Shown in pieces: positions 24,463-35,700 of a DNA stretch of 64,000 nucleotides. Position 1 is the stretch's first letter. The number at the start of each line of letters is the position of its first letter. Source of the stretch: Takakia lepidozioides (Eukaryota > Plantae > Bryophyta); assembly GCA_030704615.1 (NCBI GenBank), contig CM060732.1, positions 23,808,001-23,872,000 of the forward strand, in the 5' to 3' direction. A program made the position numbers and the translations under genes. The notes beneath the pieces were generated by a model, which saw nothing but the letters and a program-made list of their open reading frames with translations, searched no databases and had not been told where the DNA came from.

Positions 24463-26059
24463 ATCAATTGTTGTTCTTGTCCTTGCCAGGAGGCCGTTCA
24501 GGTCCGTCTAGTAGGTGTGATAATTCAAACACTATTCAATTTTTTTTTTAATTTCAATAAATAGGGCATTCATCTAATCAGACCTGATGACAACCGCAAT
24601 TATCAGTTGCTCTTGTTGTCTTGTGATATCTAGGCGCAATGGGCCCAAGCTTGGGTGTTGTGATATCATAGCTTTATTTTAAGCATATATGTAGAGCACA
24701 TTTTATTGGCACTTATCTATACAGGGCAGGGTTTTCAAAGTGTGCCGGACCAATAACTTGACATTTCATTTTGCAGGGCACATTGACAATTGCCCTTATT
24801 TGAAGGGGACTCAATTGCCTACTAAAAAAAACCATAATGAATGTAATGTCGAGTACTACAAATACATATAATAATAATGATAATTAGTTACAATATATTT
24901 TGAAATGATAATCATTTCATTTTTCTGATTATGAAAAAGAGATCCCAAATAATTCCAAATAAAGTTTATACCAGGGCCTCTGTCCCCTGTTTCTTAAAAA
25001 TAGATAAAAAAAGAGAGAGTGAATCTATGTGCTTGTTTCTGATACCCAGTGATCGACATTATGAAAATTTCTCAGCAAAAATGAGAACATCCGTATCAAG
25101 TATATATACATGATATTTGCATGTTAATACGTTAATACAGTCGCATATCTACTCACCTTTCGTCCATACCTCATCCATCTCCATGAGCCATCTTTCTCAT
25201 CCATTGTGACACTAATATCTAGAATAATTAATAAACCTTTGGTCGTGCAGATTCCGGCATTCTCGCAATGCAAGTAGCTCCGGCTGGACTTAACGACATT
25301 TGTTTTATTTTTATTTTTAAAGAGACAGGGGGATTGTAGCTTGTAGCCCTCTAAAACACTTTACTAAGTATGGAAAAAATAACCTTACAAGGAAGCCATG
25401 AAGGCTGAGTAAAGAGGTACCACTCTGTACCGCATTCAATTCTGTCCTAGGACAGGACAGCGCACGCCCAAGGGTGGCCAGACGAGCGCCGTCCGATTGA
25501 TATTCGATCGAATCCTGTCCGCCCGCATGAACAGCGCGGCAGCTGGGTAAAAGAAATGCGAGGAAAAGTCAGCCGCCATTTAATCTCCCTATTGGAATCT
25601 TGGCTTGTTGACGTATAGATGATTCATTATTTTTACGTTAAAAGGGCTACAGTCGACCCTGCCTTATTGTTACCTGCTTATGTGTTATTTCACTCTAAAT
25701 GTTAAGGTTTTGATACTCTGCAAAAAAAATACACTAGAAACCATGTCAAGAGTGTTAAGTGGTTAATTGTTAGTTTATCCTACTCTTCATAGTGTTAACT
25801 CACCTCCTTAGTAGTTAGATTCCATAGAGAGACGTCCCCAAAATAGAGCATCCATTCATGCTCATCTGAAATAGAGCATCCATTCATCCATTTATGAGGT
25901 TCAAGCTGAGCATCCATTCATCCATTCATGAGGTTCAAGCTGCCATTGAACACCCATACTAGTGTTTGTCTCGTGAAGTGTTTAACAATCTAGAAGGAAA
26001 TGATTTTAGCTAGGCATTCTACTTGTCGACAAACCGACATTCTTTCATATTTTCAACCT

Positions 26060-26598
26060 ACTCAATGATTAGATTCATTCAATGGCTCAATGGATGGTTG
26101 GCCATCGAAATGATTTTGGTTCGCTTTGAGACTTGGCCACTATGTTCATTTAAGAGGCCGCAGAGTAATATGAGATCAATCGAAATTCGTTCAGTGGGCC
26201 AACGGATGGTTGCCCATCCAAATGATTTACGTTGCATATGGAGTCATTACACGCCCCATTCAAAACCGGAATGAAAAAAAAAACATGAGCACGCGAAACG
26301 CAGTCCAACAGGTCCCAAAGTAATAGCAGATCCAACATAATACATTCAATGGGTGAGCGGATGGTTGCCCATCCAAATCATTTTTGTTTGCTTCCAAACT
26401 TTGCCAGTACGTTTGAGACACCCTCTCACTGGTCCGGGACTAATATCAGATCAATCGAAATTCATTCAATGGCTCAACGGATGGGTCGCCATCGAAATAA
26501 TTTTGGTTCGCTTTGAGACAGTATGTTCAATGTACCATGGAAGAGGCCCCAAAGTAATATGAGATCAACCAAAATTCGTTCAATGGGCCGACGGATGT
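26060..26598. repeat. Degenerate tandem repeat, five copies 110-160 bp apart
   Basis: Core TTCRTTCAATGG..CRACGGATGGTTG.CCATC.AAAT at ~26073, 26185, 26343, 26461 and 26575. Copies 1+2 resemble copies 4+5. Confidence 0.8.
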
Positions 26599-26775
26599 TA
26601 TCTTTCATTGGCAGGACCTGGTTTACTGTGCCTCTTGTAACTGATAATTTATGAAAATTCTCCCTGCTTTCCAGTTATATGTGATACCTGGCTATCTGAT
26701 AGAAATTTCATACTCTAGAGGCCTAACATTAAAGCAGGGCCGACTGTACCTCCCCTTTTCATTAAAAAAATTAAT

Positions 26776-26845
26776 TAGCGCATAGGCTGGTAGTAAGTGC
26801 ACAGTGTCGCCCTGGTGGTTCGGGGTTCGAACCCGCTGCCCTGTG
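26776..26845 (+). repeat. tRNA-derived SINE-like head
   Basis: A-box-like TAGCGCATAGGCTGG and B-box GGTTCGAACCC (26824-26834); no full cloverleaf. Confidence 0.45.
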
Positions 26846-26935
26846 CGGTTAGTGGATTTTTGTTCGTGACCGGTTGGTCTGGTGGTGATGTTTCCTCCTG
26901 TGTGCCTAATGGCTTATCTGAAAGGGGGTTATTTC

Positions 26936-27141
26936 CAGTGTTGTGCGGGTCCGGGTTTTGAAGGCGGGTACCCGGCGGGTTAGAATCCAGGTTACCCGGA
27001 CCCGTGCTATCACAAAAAACCCGGACCCTGACCCGGGTTCATTTCTAAAATGAACCCGGAACCGGACCCGGACCCGCCTGCTGGGTCCAGAACCCGTTAA
27101 ACCCGCTATCCGTGGGCCAATGTAGGAGGTCATGGTCCGGG
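26936..27141 (-). mobile_element. Partial inverted copy of the 21327-22266 element end
   Basis: Close reverse-complement match to ~22050-22264; starts with an intact CAGTGTTGTGCGGG terminus. Confidence 0.88.
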
Positions 27142-27178
27142 TAGGGAATTCCAAAAAGGCCTTGATGTGAAATGCATC

Positions 27179-27300
27179 GCAATTCACTTGCTCACCCCCC
27201 TAAAAGTGCGCAATTCAATTGAATTGCAAGGGCAATTCAATTGAACTAACCCTAATTTGCAATTCAATTGAATCGCTAGTTGGCAATTCAATTGAATTGT
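27179..27300. repeat. Cluster of GCAATTCAATTGAATTGC palindromes
   Basis: Perfect 18-bp palindrome at 27210-27227 plus three to four partial copies. Confidence 0.85.
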
Positions 27301-29372
27301 AATCTATAAATTTTAACTTATTTTTGTATATAATATATAATATATATGTACATGTATATATTCAAATTATATTTATACACATATAAGAGTATAAGCTAAA
27401 AATACATGTTGCCCGTCTATTCTTGCTGGCCCTCTTTCTTGTGCCCTTGAGGAAATTGTGGAGTTGTGAAACCACCCTCAGCCTCAGCGAGAAAGGGAGA
27501 GCCAGAGACGACGGAGACAGATTAGTATCTTCCTGTGATTCACTGGCAAAAGAAACATGGCTGGCTCCGGAAAAAACAGACAAAATCAAACCTGACAATT
27601 GATAAAAGGCTTCCCCTGCATCACCATGTAGTCCCCTAACGCTAGTATTTGGCCCAGGACAAAGAAAACAAAAAATATGTTCATCTTGAGAATTATCAAA
27701 AATTTCGATACCCTTACAAAGGTATCATGTTGAAGTTGGGATGTGTGTTCTATATAAGTTTAATATATCAAACTCTTACATGTTGATACTCTTACATTAG
27801 TATCATGTTTGGTATATGTACATAGCCATATATTGGCACCAACATCCACAAAGAGAGACAATCCCGCTTTTACAAGCGCTTCGGGACTTCCCTTCTCTCT
27901 CTCTCCCTCTCTCGCTCTCCCTTAGGCTTATCTTGGGCTCAAGCCTTACCACGGGCAAAGGATTGACAGACGGACAGCAAGAATAGCCGGACAACATGTA
28001 TTTTTAGCTTATACCTGTGTAAGTCGCTCCTAGGTTTCCTTTTTCAAAAAAAGAAAAGAAAAAGGGGAGGGGAGCCCTGTAAATCTTCATATTAAAAAAA
28101 CTCAAAGGGCAGGGAAGGCCGACAAAGGATAGGTATCATAGATTATCCTTTGCGATTTGTTTGCGGATTTTAGTGCTGCAGCTTTGGCGCTGTAGCAATT
28201 GCGAGACATTTCTTTTGACCTCTATCAAAAATTCAGACTGTCTGTTTGGAAACCAACACAACGGCTTGTGGAATGAAGAAGCACCCGAAGAGGAAAAACC
28301 CCCAAATTCCGCAACCTTATCAAATCCATGGTCCGCCTGGTCAAACTCGGTCGCTCATAGATGGAGCGGTTCCAATGTTGCGGAAACCCAAGCTCGACCT
28401 TAGCCAGAAAGTCTTGGGTGCGCGAGCATTATATTGGGCCGATCTTTATCCCTTGAGCCTTGTGCTCGGCCTCATGGTGAGGTTACCATTGAGGTTATTT
28501 TCTCCGCTCGCTTTTATTTATTTTTCGCTCGCTATAATTAAGGGGCCTGATTTGTTCCCAACGGTTGCGGGTATTTCCCTTTTAGTCTATTAGAAAAAAT
28601 AAAAACCGGATGGAAGAGAGTAAAGGGAGAAAGCTGACCCAAGTACAGCGCCATAGCCAGAGCTATGATGTCGTGGGGTCTTGCAAGAGAGTTGTCTCGC
28701 GTCCATACCCCACTTTCACTGTCTATTTTTCCGCACATCAATTAGAGGGAAGAGGCATGCCGGGGAAGCCGGGTGGTGATATGCAACAATGGTCAGCCGT
28801 CAAGTCAGTTTGGGGGGGGGGTAGATGGGCCAGTGGGTAACATGGACCCAAGCATATTTTGTTTGTTTCGGCGAACTAGATTGTGAATGACCAACAACTG
28901 GATTCCTGCATACGGCCCATCGTCGTCGTCAATTACAATATGTGCACAACTTATAGACCTTCTTATATAAGCCGCACGGAAATGGCACCAAAAATAGTCA
29001 ATGGAATGTACCAACACTCGTTTGTTTACCAACACGACACTCGCCGTTGAATGGCCCTCCAAAGCTCCTTTTTTTGGTATATAATTAGTATTTTTGTGTA
29101 TTATAAAATCAATGATTCATGGCATGATGGCAGACCTTATCCCAGGGAGGCCCAACTTACCTGCCCACTGTGAGGTTCGTTATTATCATAAGCAAAAAAC
29201 AGTTAAAAGATTATTATCACTCACCCACGGTTGTAACTATTTTCACTTCCGAGCCCTTAGAAACTTTTATCTGACGGTCTCGAGACCCGCATTGACGAAT
29301 ACGTCGCCTAGATGTCGACTTATCGTTGGGGTGGGAGCGAAAAGGTGGAATGATCGTCGTGTCTAGCGTTGG

Positions 29373-29503
29373 AGAAGAGTGTTGTATATTTGGTAAAAAG
29401 AAAAAGAAAAAGAAGTGTTGTATATTTGGTAAAAAGAAAAAGAAAAAGAAGTGTTGTATATTTGGTAAAAAGAAAAGAAAAAAGAAGTGTTCTATATTTG
29501 GTA
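29373..29503 (+). repeat. 36-bp tandem repeat (about 3.5 copies) upstream of the H+-ATPase
   Basis: AGAAGTGTTGTATATTTGGTAAAAAGAAAAAGAAAA repeated, ending ~215 bp before the ATG. Confidence 0.95.
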
Positions 29504-29718
29504 GAGAGAGGGATTAACTGGGTAAAAGATGAGAGCCTCGGGGAGTGATTCGGTGGCGGCGGCCAGCGAGAGAGACCGAGAGAGAGCGAGGGCAGTCTCG
29601 GGCATTAGGAGCGGCAGGCATGGTTCTTAAGGACTGCTGCTCAGCGCGCGACGGTCTCTTCTGTCTGTGTGATTGCGCTTGCCCTTGAGGGTTGCGTTGC
29701 GCTGCGGGTCGGGCCAAC

Positions 29719-32700
29719 ATGGCGGCCGAGAGTGAGAGTAACGAGAAGCCCAAGAATTTGCAGGGATTGGAAGCTCTGAATTCTGAGACGGTGGACTTGG
29801 TAGGTCCAGCTGTTTGGTTGATTTGTAATGCGAGGAGGTGTAGCGTTGAGGGAATGTTTGTGTTATTGTTTGTTGTGTATCCATGGTGGCAAGCGAGATT
29901 AAGAGATGAGTAGAGGTTGAAGCAAGAGAGCGGAGTAGGAAAGAAACTAGGATGAGAGGATAAGGGGAAACGAGGGTGCTAGTTATGCTAGTTTCGATTG
30001 ACTGGGAATGGTTGTTGTTTTGTGAGTTCACCTTGGGTTAATTGATTTGAGGTTGGATCCTCTTTCTTTCTCTTCTTTCTCATGCTTGTTTGTAGTTGTG
30101 TGTGTGCAAGTGTGGTCTTTGACGGATCTTCGTCTAGCAAGTGTTAACTAGTTAGAGGGTTGGGTCAGACTGGGACTCAGGTATGAAACATATAGAGGAA
30201 GGCTCTAGAGATGCACTAATAGCGGAGGCGAATGAATGCAGGAGAACATTCCCGTTGAGGAGGTGTTCGAGCAGCTACGATGCACAAAGGAGGGGCTGAC
30301 CTCAGAGGAGGGCGAGGCTCGACTGAAGATTTTCGGGTCCAACAAACTCGAGGAAAAATCGGTACGTTTTTCCTTCAGATGCTTGGCTTTGGAAGCTCTG
30401 CATATCCACTACAGGGGGTAGCATTGTAGAGTTTGGTTGTTTTACTTTCGCAAAGGCCTAGGTAGAGTCTCTTGATTTGGACTTTCTTCTGATATGTATG
30501 TCTGGATGTTGAGCACATGTTGTCTACTTACCACCTTCTCATCGTGTTTACGAAAAGATCCTTGTCAGGCAAGCAAGAATTCATATCTATTCCATCATCT
30601 GGGATACATGTCCGATTCTCAAGGAAATGTCGTCCTTGTCTTGCAATTCAAGTGTACATCCGCGGTGATTTCTTTTGGCAAAGTGGTTGATAGATTGTTC
30701 GGTTTGAGCAACTGAGAAAAGTCCCGAAAAGCCCCAGGGAGAGACGTTTCTTCAAGAACGAATAGGTCTACTGGTGTTTGTCACGTTATTATATGGTCAT
30801 AGTCCATCAACTGACTCATGTATTGGGCTTGCTGGCAAGGGTGGTGTTACTTCTCACAGAGTGAGCTCTGTGGGTGCTTCTGCAGGAGAGCAAATTTCTC
30901 AAGTTCTTGGGGTTTATGTGGAATCCGTTATCCTGGGTGATGGAGGCCGCTGCCATAATGGCCATTGCCTTGGCCAATGGAGGGGTAAGCCAATCAGAAG
31001 GCACTACCTTCCCCTTTTGTCGTGTTTGCTGCTTTGTGTGTGTATGGTAGGGAAAGAGTGAGTCAAGAAGGATTAGTATTGGGTGGACCTATAAATTGGA
31101 GCCTCCAAGTTTCTCCATTGAAAGTTCTGTGCTTTTGGGGGGTGTGCTCTCTGCTAACAGATAAGCTAAGTCTTAGTTATTCCATGAGCTCCACCTCCGA
31201 TCCTTCTTTCTTCTGTGCACTTCCTATGCTTGCACTGACTATATGAAGTTGACATGCAGGGAAAAGCACCTGACTGGCAAGACTTTCTTGGAATCATTGT
31301 GTTACTGGTGATAAACTCAACAATCAGTTTTATTGAAGAGAACAATGCTGGCAATGCAGCTGCTGCTCTTATGGCTCGCCTTGCACCCAAGACTAAGGTC
31401 AGTCAATTTTCAATGCTCTATGTCCAGTCTTGTTCTGTGTCTTCAATGCTCATAGAGGTCGATTAACAGGTTGTGAAATGTTTCAAATGAGCGGCCTGGT
31501 TCGAAAGAGATATGTAGGAGACGGACACTAATAAGAAGGGTGGGGACGGCAGGTGCTACGAGATGGGAGGTGGTCAGAACAGGATGCTGTAATCCTAGTG
31601 CCTGGGGATATCGTCAGCATCAAATTGGGCGACATCATTCCTGCTGATGCTCGACTTCTTGACGGAGATCCTTTGAAGATTGACCAGGTTGGTGTGTTTG
31701 GAGCTCTCATGTCATTTAAAACATTATTCTCCAATACAGTTGTTTGAGAAGTTTTCTGTGGAAAGTTTCCTGAGTTCTCCATGTGACGGAGCCTATCGGA
31801 GACAGCATTTTGGCTAACTAATGAAGCAACTGGTTCTATTTTCTGCCTTGGTTATGCTCTAGCTTCACTACCCAAGTCACACTCCTTTGCATCCCACTTT
31901 GTACTGAAGGAACCCAGAAGCTAGGTTTGGGTGTAGCCACAAGTTTGGCATCAAATGGGACTTTGGAGTTGTAGGGTAACAACAGAGATTTCAGTAAGTA
32001 TGCTTCCAGCTGACCAGGCTCTTGTGCTTTTGTGACATGCAGTCTGCTCTGACAGGGGAGTCAATGCCAGCTACAAAAAAGCCAGGAGATGAAGTATATT
32101 CAGGTTCCACTTGTAAGCAGGGTGAAATTGAGGGTGTGGTCATTGCCACTGGTGTGCACACCTTCTTCGGGAAAGCTGCTCACCTGGTGGATTCAACCAA
32201 CAATGTGGGCCACTTTCAGAAGGTACACCCGGCTATTTCTTAGAACCTGTAGTTAAGAATGGCCATATGTTTTTGAATATCTACTAGATATGTCCAGAAC
32301 TATTTGTAGCTGATCATGGTGTATTCTCATCCACCCTCCTTGGTGCTATGTTGCCGCTGCATTTCAGTCACAGTGATAACTGTTTGGGAGTGCTGCAGGT
32401 GTTGACTGCAATCGGAAATTTCTGCATAGTTTCAATTGCAATAGGCCTCGCCATTGAGATTATTGTGATGTACCCCATCCAGCACCGAGCCTACCGTGAT
32501 GGTATCAACAACCTTCTGGTGCTTCTCATCGGTGGCATTCCTATTGCTATGCCCACTGTGCTCTCTGTCACTATGGCCATTGGCTCCCACCGCCTCTCGC
32601 AGCAGGTATCTTACTTTATGGGGGTGGGATAGTGTAAGATCTCAATTCATTTCAGAGTAAGACCAGTTTCAGCTTGTTCATAATGGTGATTGAATACACA

Positions 32701-35700
32701 GTTCCTTGAGAGGCTTTTAGCTATGCGGGCGTCCTTCCTCCTTAGCACACCTTCAGGTTACCTGGATGCTTTGTATGGGAGAAGTGACCTCTATGAGTTG
32801 TGTTATTCTCAAGTGGTTTTGCGAACAACCCTGTGTTTACACCTTCAGCTTTGGAAAGTTTTGCTGCAGCACCTCTGTGGCCCAAGTGGCATTGCATTGG
32901 GAATCAAGCTTCGAAACTGGAGAGGCTAGCCTAATACAGGTTGGTTGGGGCAATATTTGCAGGGAGCTATCACGAAGCGTATGACTGCTATTGAAGAAAT
33001 GGCAGGCATGGATGTCTTGTGCAGTGACAAAACAGGAACACTTACACTGAACAAGTTGACTGTTGACAAGAATTTGGTTGAGGTATGCCTTTATGTGCTT
33101 TGCTTCTATCTTAAGATTCTTTTTGATACCCTAGAGTCTGTTCAGACCATGGCTCCCAAAAATTAATAACTTCATCCACACAGAATGTGGGCTTGTTGTA
33201 TGTGATCTTGATCCCTCATTTTTGTACATCACAATATGTTTGAAAAGGTGGTCTAGTCATTGGCAACCAAGTGTATTGAGAACCAACAAGCGTCTAATTC
33301 GACACAGTTTCTTTTCTTATGAAAATGGTTGAAGTGCCTGGTGTCCTCTGTATTTATTTTGACAGTGTGGCATATTGTCTTGACTCTTCTATTGTAAGGG
33401 TGTGAAAAACCAAGTCAATTAAGTAAATGTAAAGGAAGTAAAGGTAAATGATAGCTCATATATGATAAAATTTTTCACTTTCGTTTGTTGTGGGTTTCTC
33501 ATATATTTGGATGCTTCGTGAGCAGGTTTTTACCAAAGGGGTGGACAAGGATCTGGTATGCTTGCTAGCAGCCAGGGCATCCAGGACAGAGAATCAAGAT
33601 GCTATTGATGCAGCCATTGTCGGAATAATGGCCGATCCCAAAGAGGTATGCACACTATCATGGAAGGTTCTGCAACTTCAGCTAGTATGTTGCAACTGTC
33701 ACGTCCATTTATACCTTGTGGAAGGACTTAATCTAATGGTCTAATGATGTCACTCCACAAGTGTTCCACGTACAAACGAAATTGCACATGTCAGAGCTGC
33801 CAAGCTTTTCCATGAATGAACCCGGCCGCTTTTTCTTTCTTGTCTTTTCTACCTCCACCTTTCTGGTTGATTGTCTGTACTGTTCTGGGGACTAATCTGG
33901 GTGTTGGATTGTCAGGCCCGCGCCAATGTAACTGAGCTCCATTTTCTGCCGTTTAATCCAGTCGACAAACGTACAGCACTAACTTACATTGATAATACGA
34001 ACGGCAAGTGGTACCGTGCTAGCAAGGGAGCCCCTGAGCAGGTAATGTTGACCATTCCCTTGAGGGCTTGATCACATGTCCAGCACACTGGAGTTTAGGA
34101 GTAATGCAATAAATCCTAGAACTATTGTTACATCTTTAGGTCTGTTGTCTTGCTCTGTACCTGTTCTGGTGATCTCTAGTTGAGGAATTTTGACAGCTTT
34201 TTGAGTGAAGCTTGAAGCTCCTCTTGTTCTTTAACACTCTTGGTGGGGACCCAGCTCCTAAGTTGTTGCCTCCTATCATAATATATGGTTGAATCAAAAG
34301 TAGGAGTGGTGGGAGCGAATCGACCCTGGAAACTGCGTCAAGAAAAGTTATGGAAGTTATGGGTGTAGCCTGAGTTTATGTCCATTCCTTTCTGTTCGTG
34401 CCAGTTATGCATAACTACAGTGCAATAAATAATAAAATTATTTTTGAAGGGAGGGAGACGGGGAGTTGCCAGTAGTCCTCACTTCTCTTGGGAGAGCAGC
34501 ATCAACAATGATTTTAATATGGACTCCATCTCAGTGGTTGCTCTGGTTGTGCTTTTTTAAATATACTGTGTCCACATATGTGCTGTTTCTTCAGATACTG
34601 GAATTGGCCCATAACAAAGGGGAGATTGCTGCGCGGGTGCATTCTGTAATTGACAAATTTGCGGAGCGAGGGCTTCGTTCGTTGGCTGTGGCCAGGCAGG
34701 CAAGTGATTTCGCTGCCTATGTTGTTGTGATGCTTTGTATACTCTTTGTATAATAGCATGATCCTTCACAGGTTTATCCATCTGGAGAGCTTTGTAGGCA
34801 GTGTTGGACTCTGCATTGGCACAGACAGTATGGATGCCACTGGCGTAATGTAATTGGATGTGCACTCAATGTCTGAGTAGGTTTACTGCCACATAGAAAG
34901 TTGAATGAGTCCAGCATTGCAGCATTGCACCTTCAGGTGCAATGCAAGCTTGTAAAAAACCTCAGAATGATAGCTATCGAGTCATCGAGGATGTCCTCCA
35001 GAGCTTCCGGGACAACACACTTACTGAAGTAACCCTCCACACTAGTGTGCTAAAGAATTGCTTGCAGGAGATCTTCCTAAACTTGTTTCAATATTGGAGA
35101 GAGGAACCGAGTTTTGAGGATCTCATCAGTCTTGCCTGTCATGCATACAGGAAGTCCCGGAGCAAACCAAGGAGAGTGCTGGAGGACCTTGGGATTTCTG
35201 TGGGTTGCTGCCTCTGTTTGACCCCCCTCGACATGACAGTGCTGAGACAATTCGCCGTGCCCTTAACCTTGGAGTAAATGTGAAAATGATTACTGGTATG
35301 TATTCAATGAAACCCCACTATCACATATACTAGTAGATAGTCTGCAATGGTGTACAACTTTCTGTGCTGTTCTGTATATTGGTCATGTTTTAGAAAGCCC
35401 TGCTTTAGTGTTTGTTCTCAAATGTGTGATATGTTTGCAACTAGTCTCTTGGGTTTCAAAAGGGGTTCCTGCTACCTAGAGAAAGTCAGTGTCCTCTGAG
35501 TGGTCACCGAAAAAACCCTCCGCTCAAGTTGCTCAAGGTTAGCCTAGCTAAGAAAATGAAGCTGGAGCTGATTGACAAATGGATGCACAGGTGACCAGTT
35601 AGCAATTGCAAAGGAGACTGGTCGGCGGCTTGGCATGGGGTCCAACATGTACCCGTCATCATCACTGCTCGGACAGCATAAGGACGAGAATCTTGCAGCC

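Noticed and set aside
21876-26845. tRNA genes at ~21.9 kb and ~26.8 kb
   Set aside because: A/B boxes are present but no cloverleaf can be built; kept only as possible SINE heads.
28046-28845. Polypurine tract followed by TGTAAA as a 3' LTR
   Set aside because: No partner LTR, TSD or pol sequence nearby.
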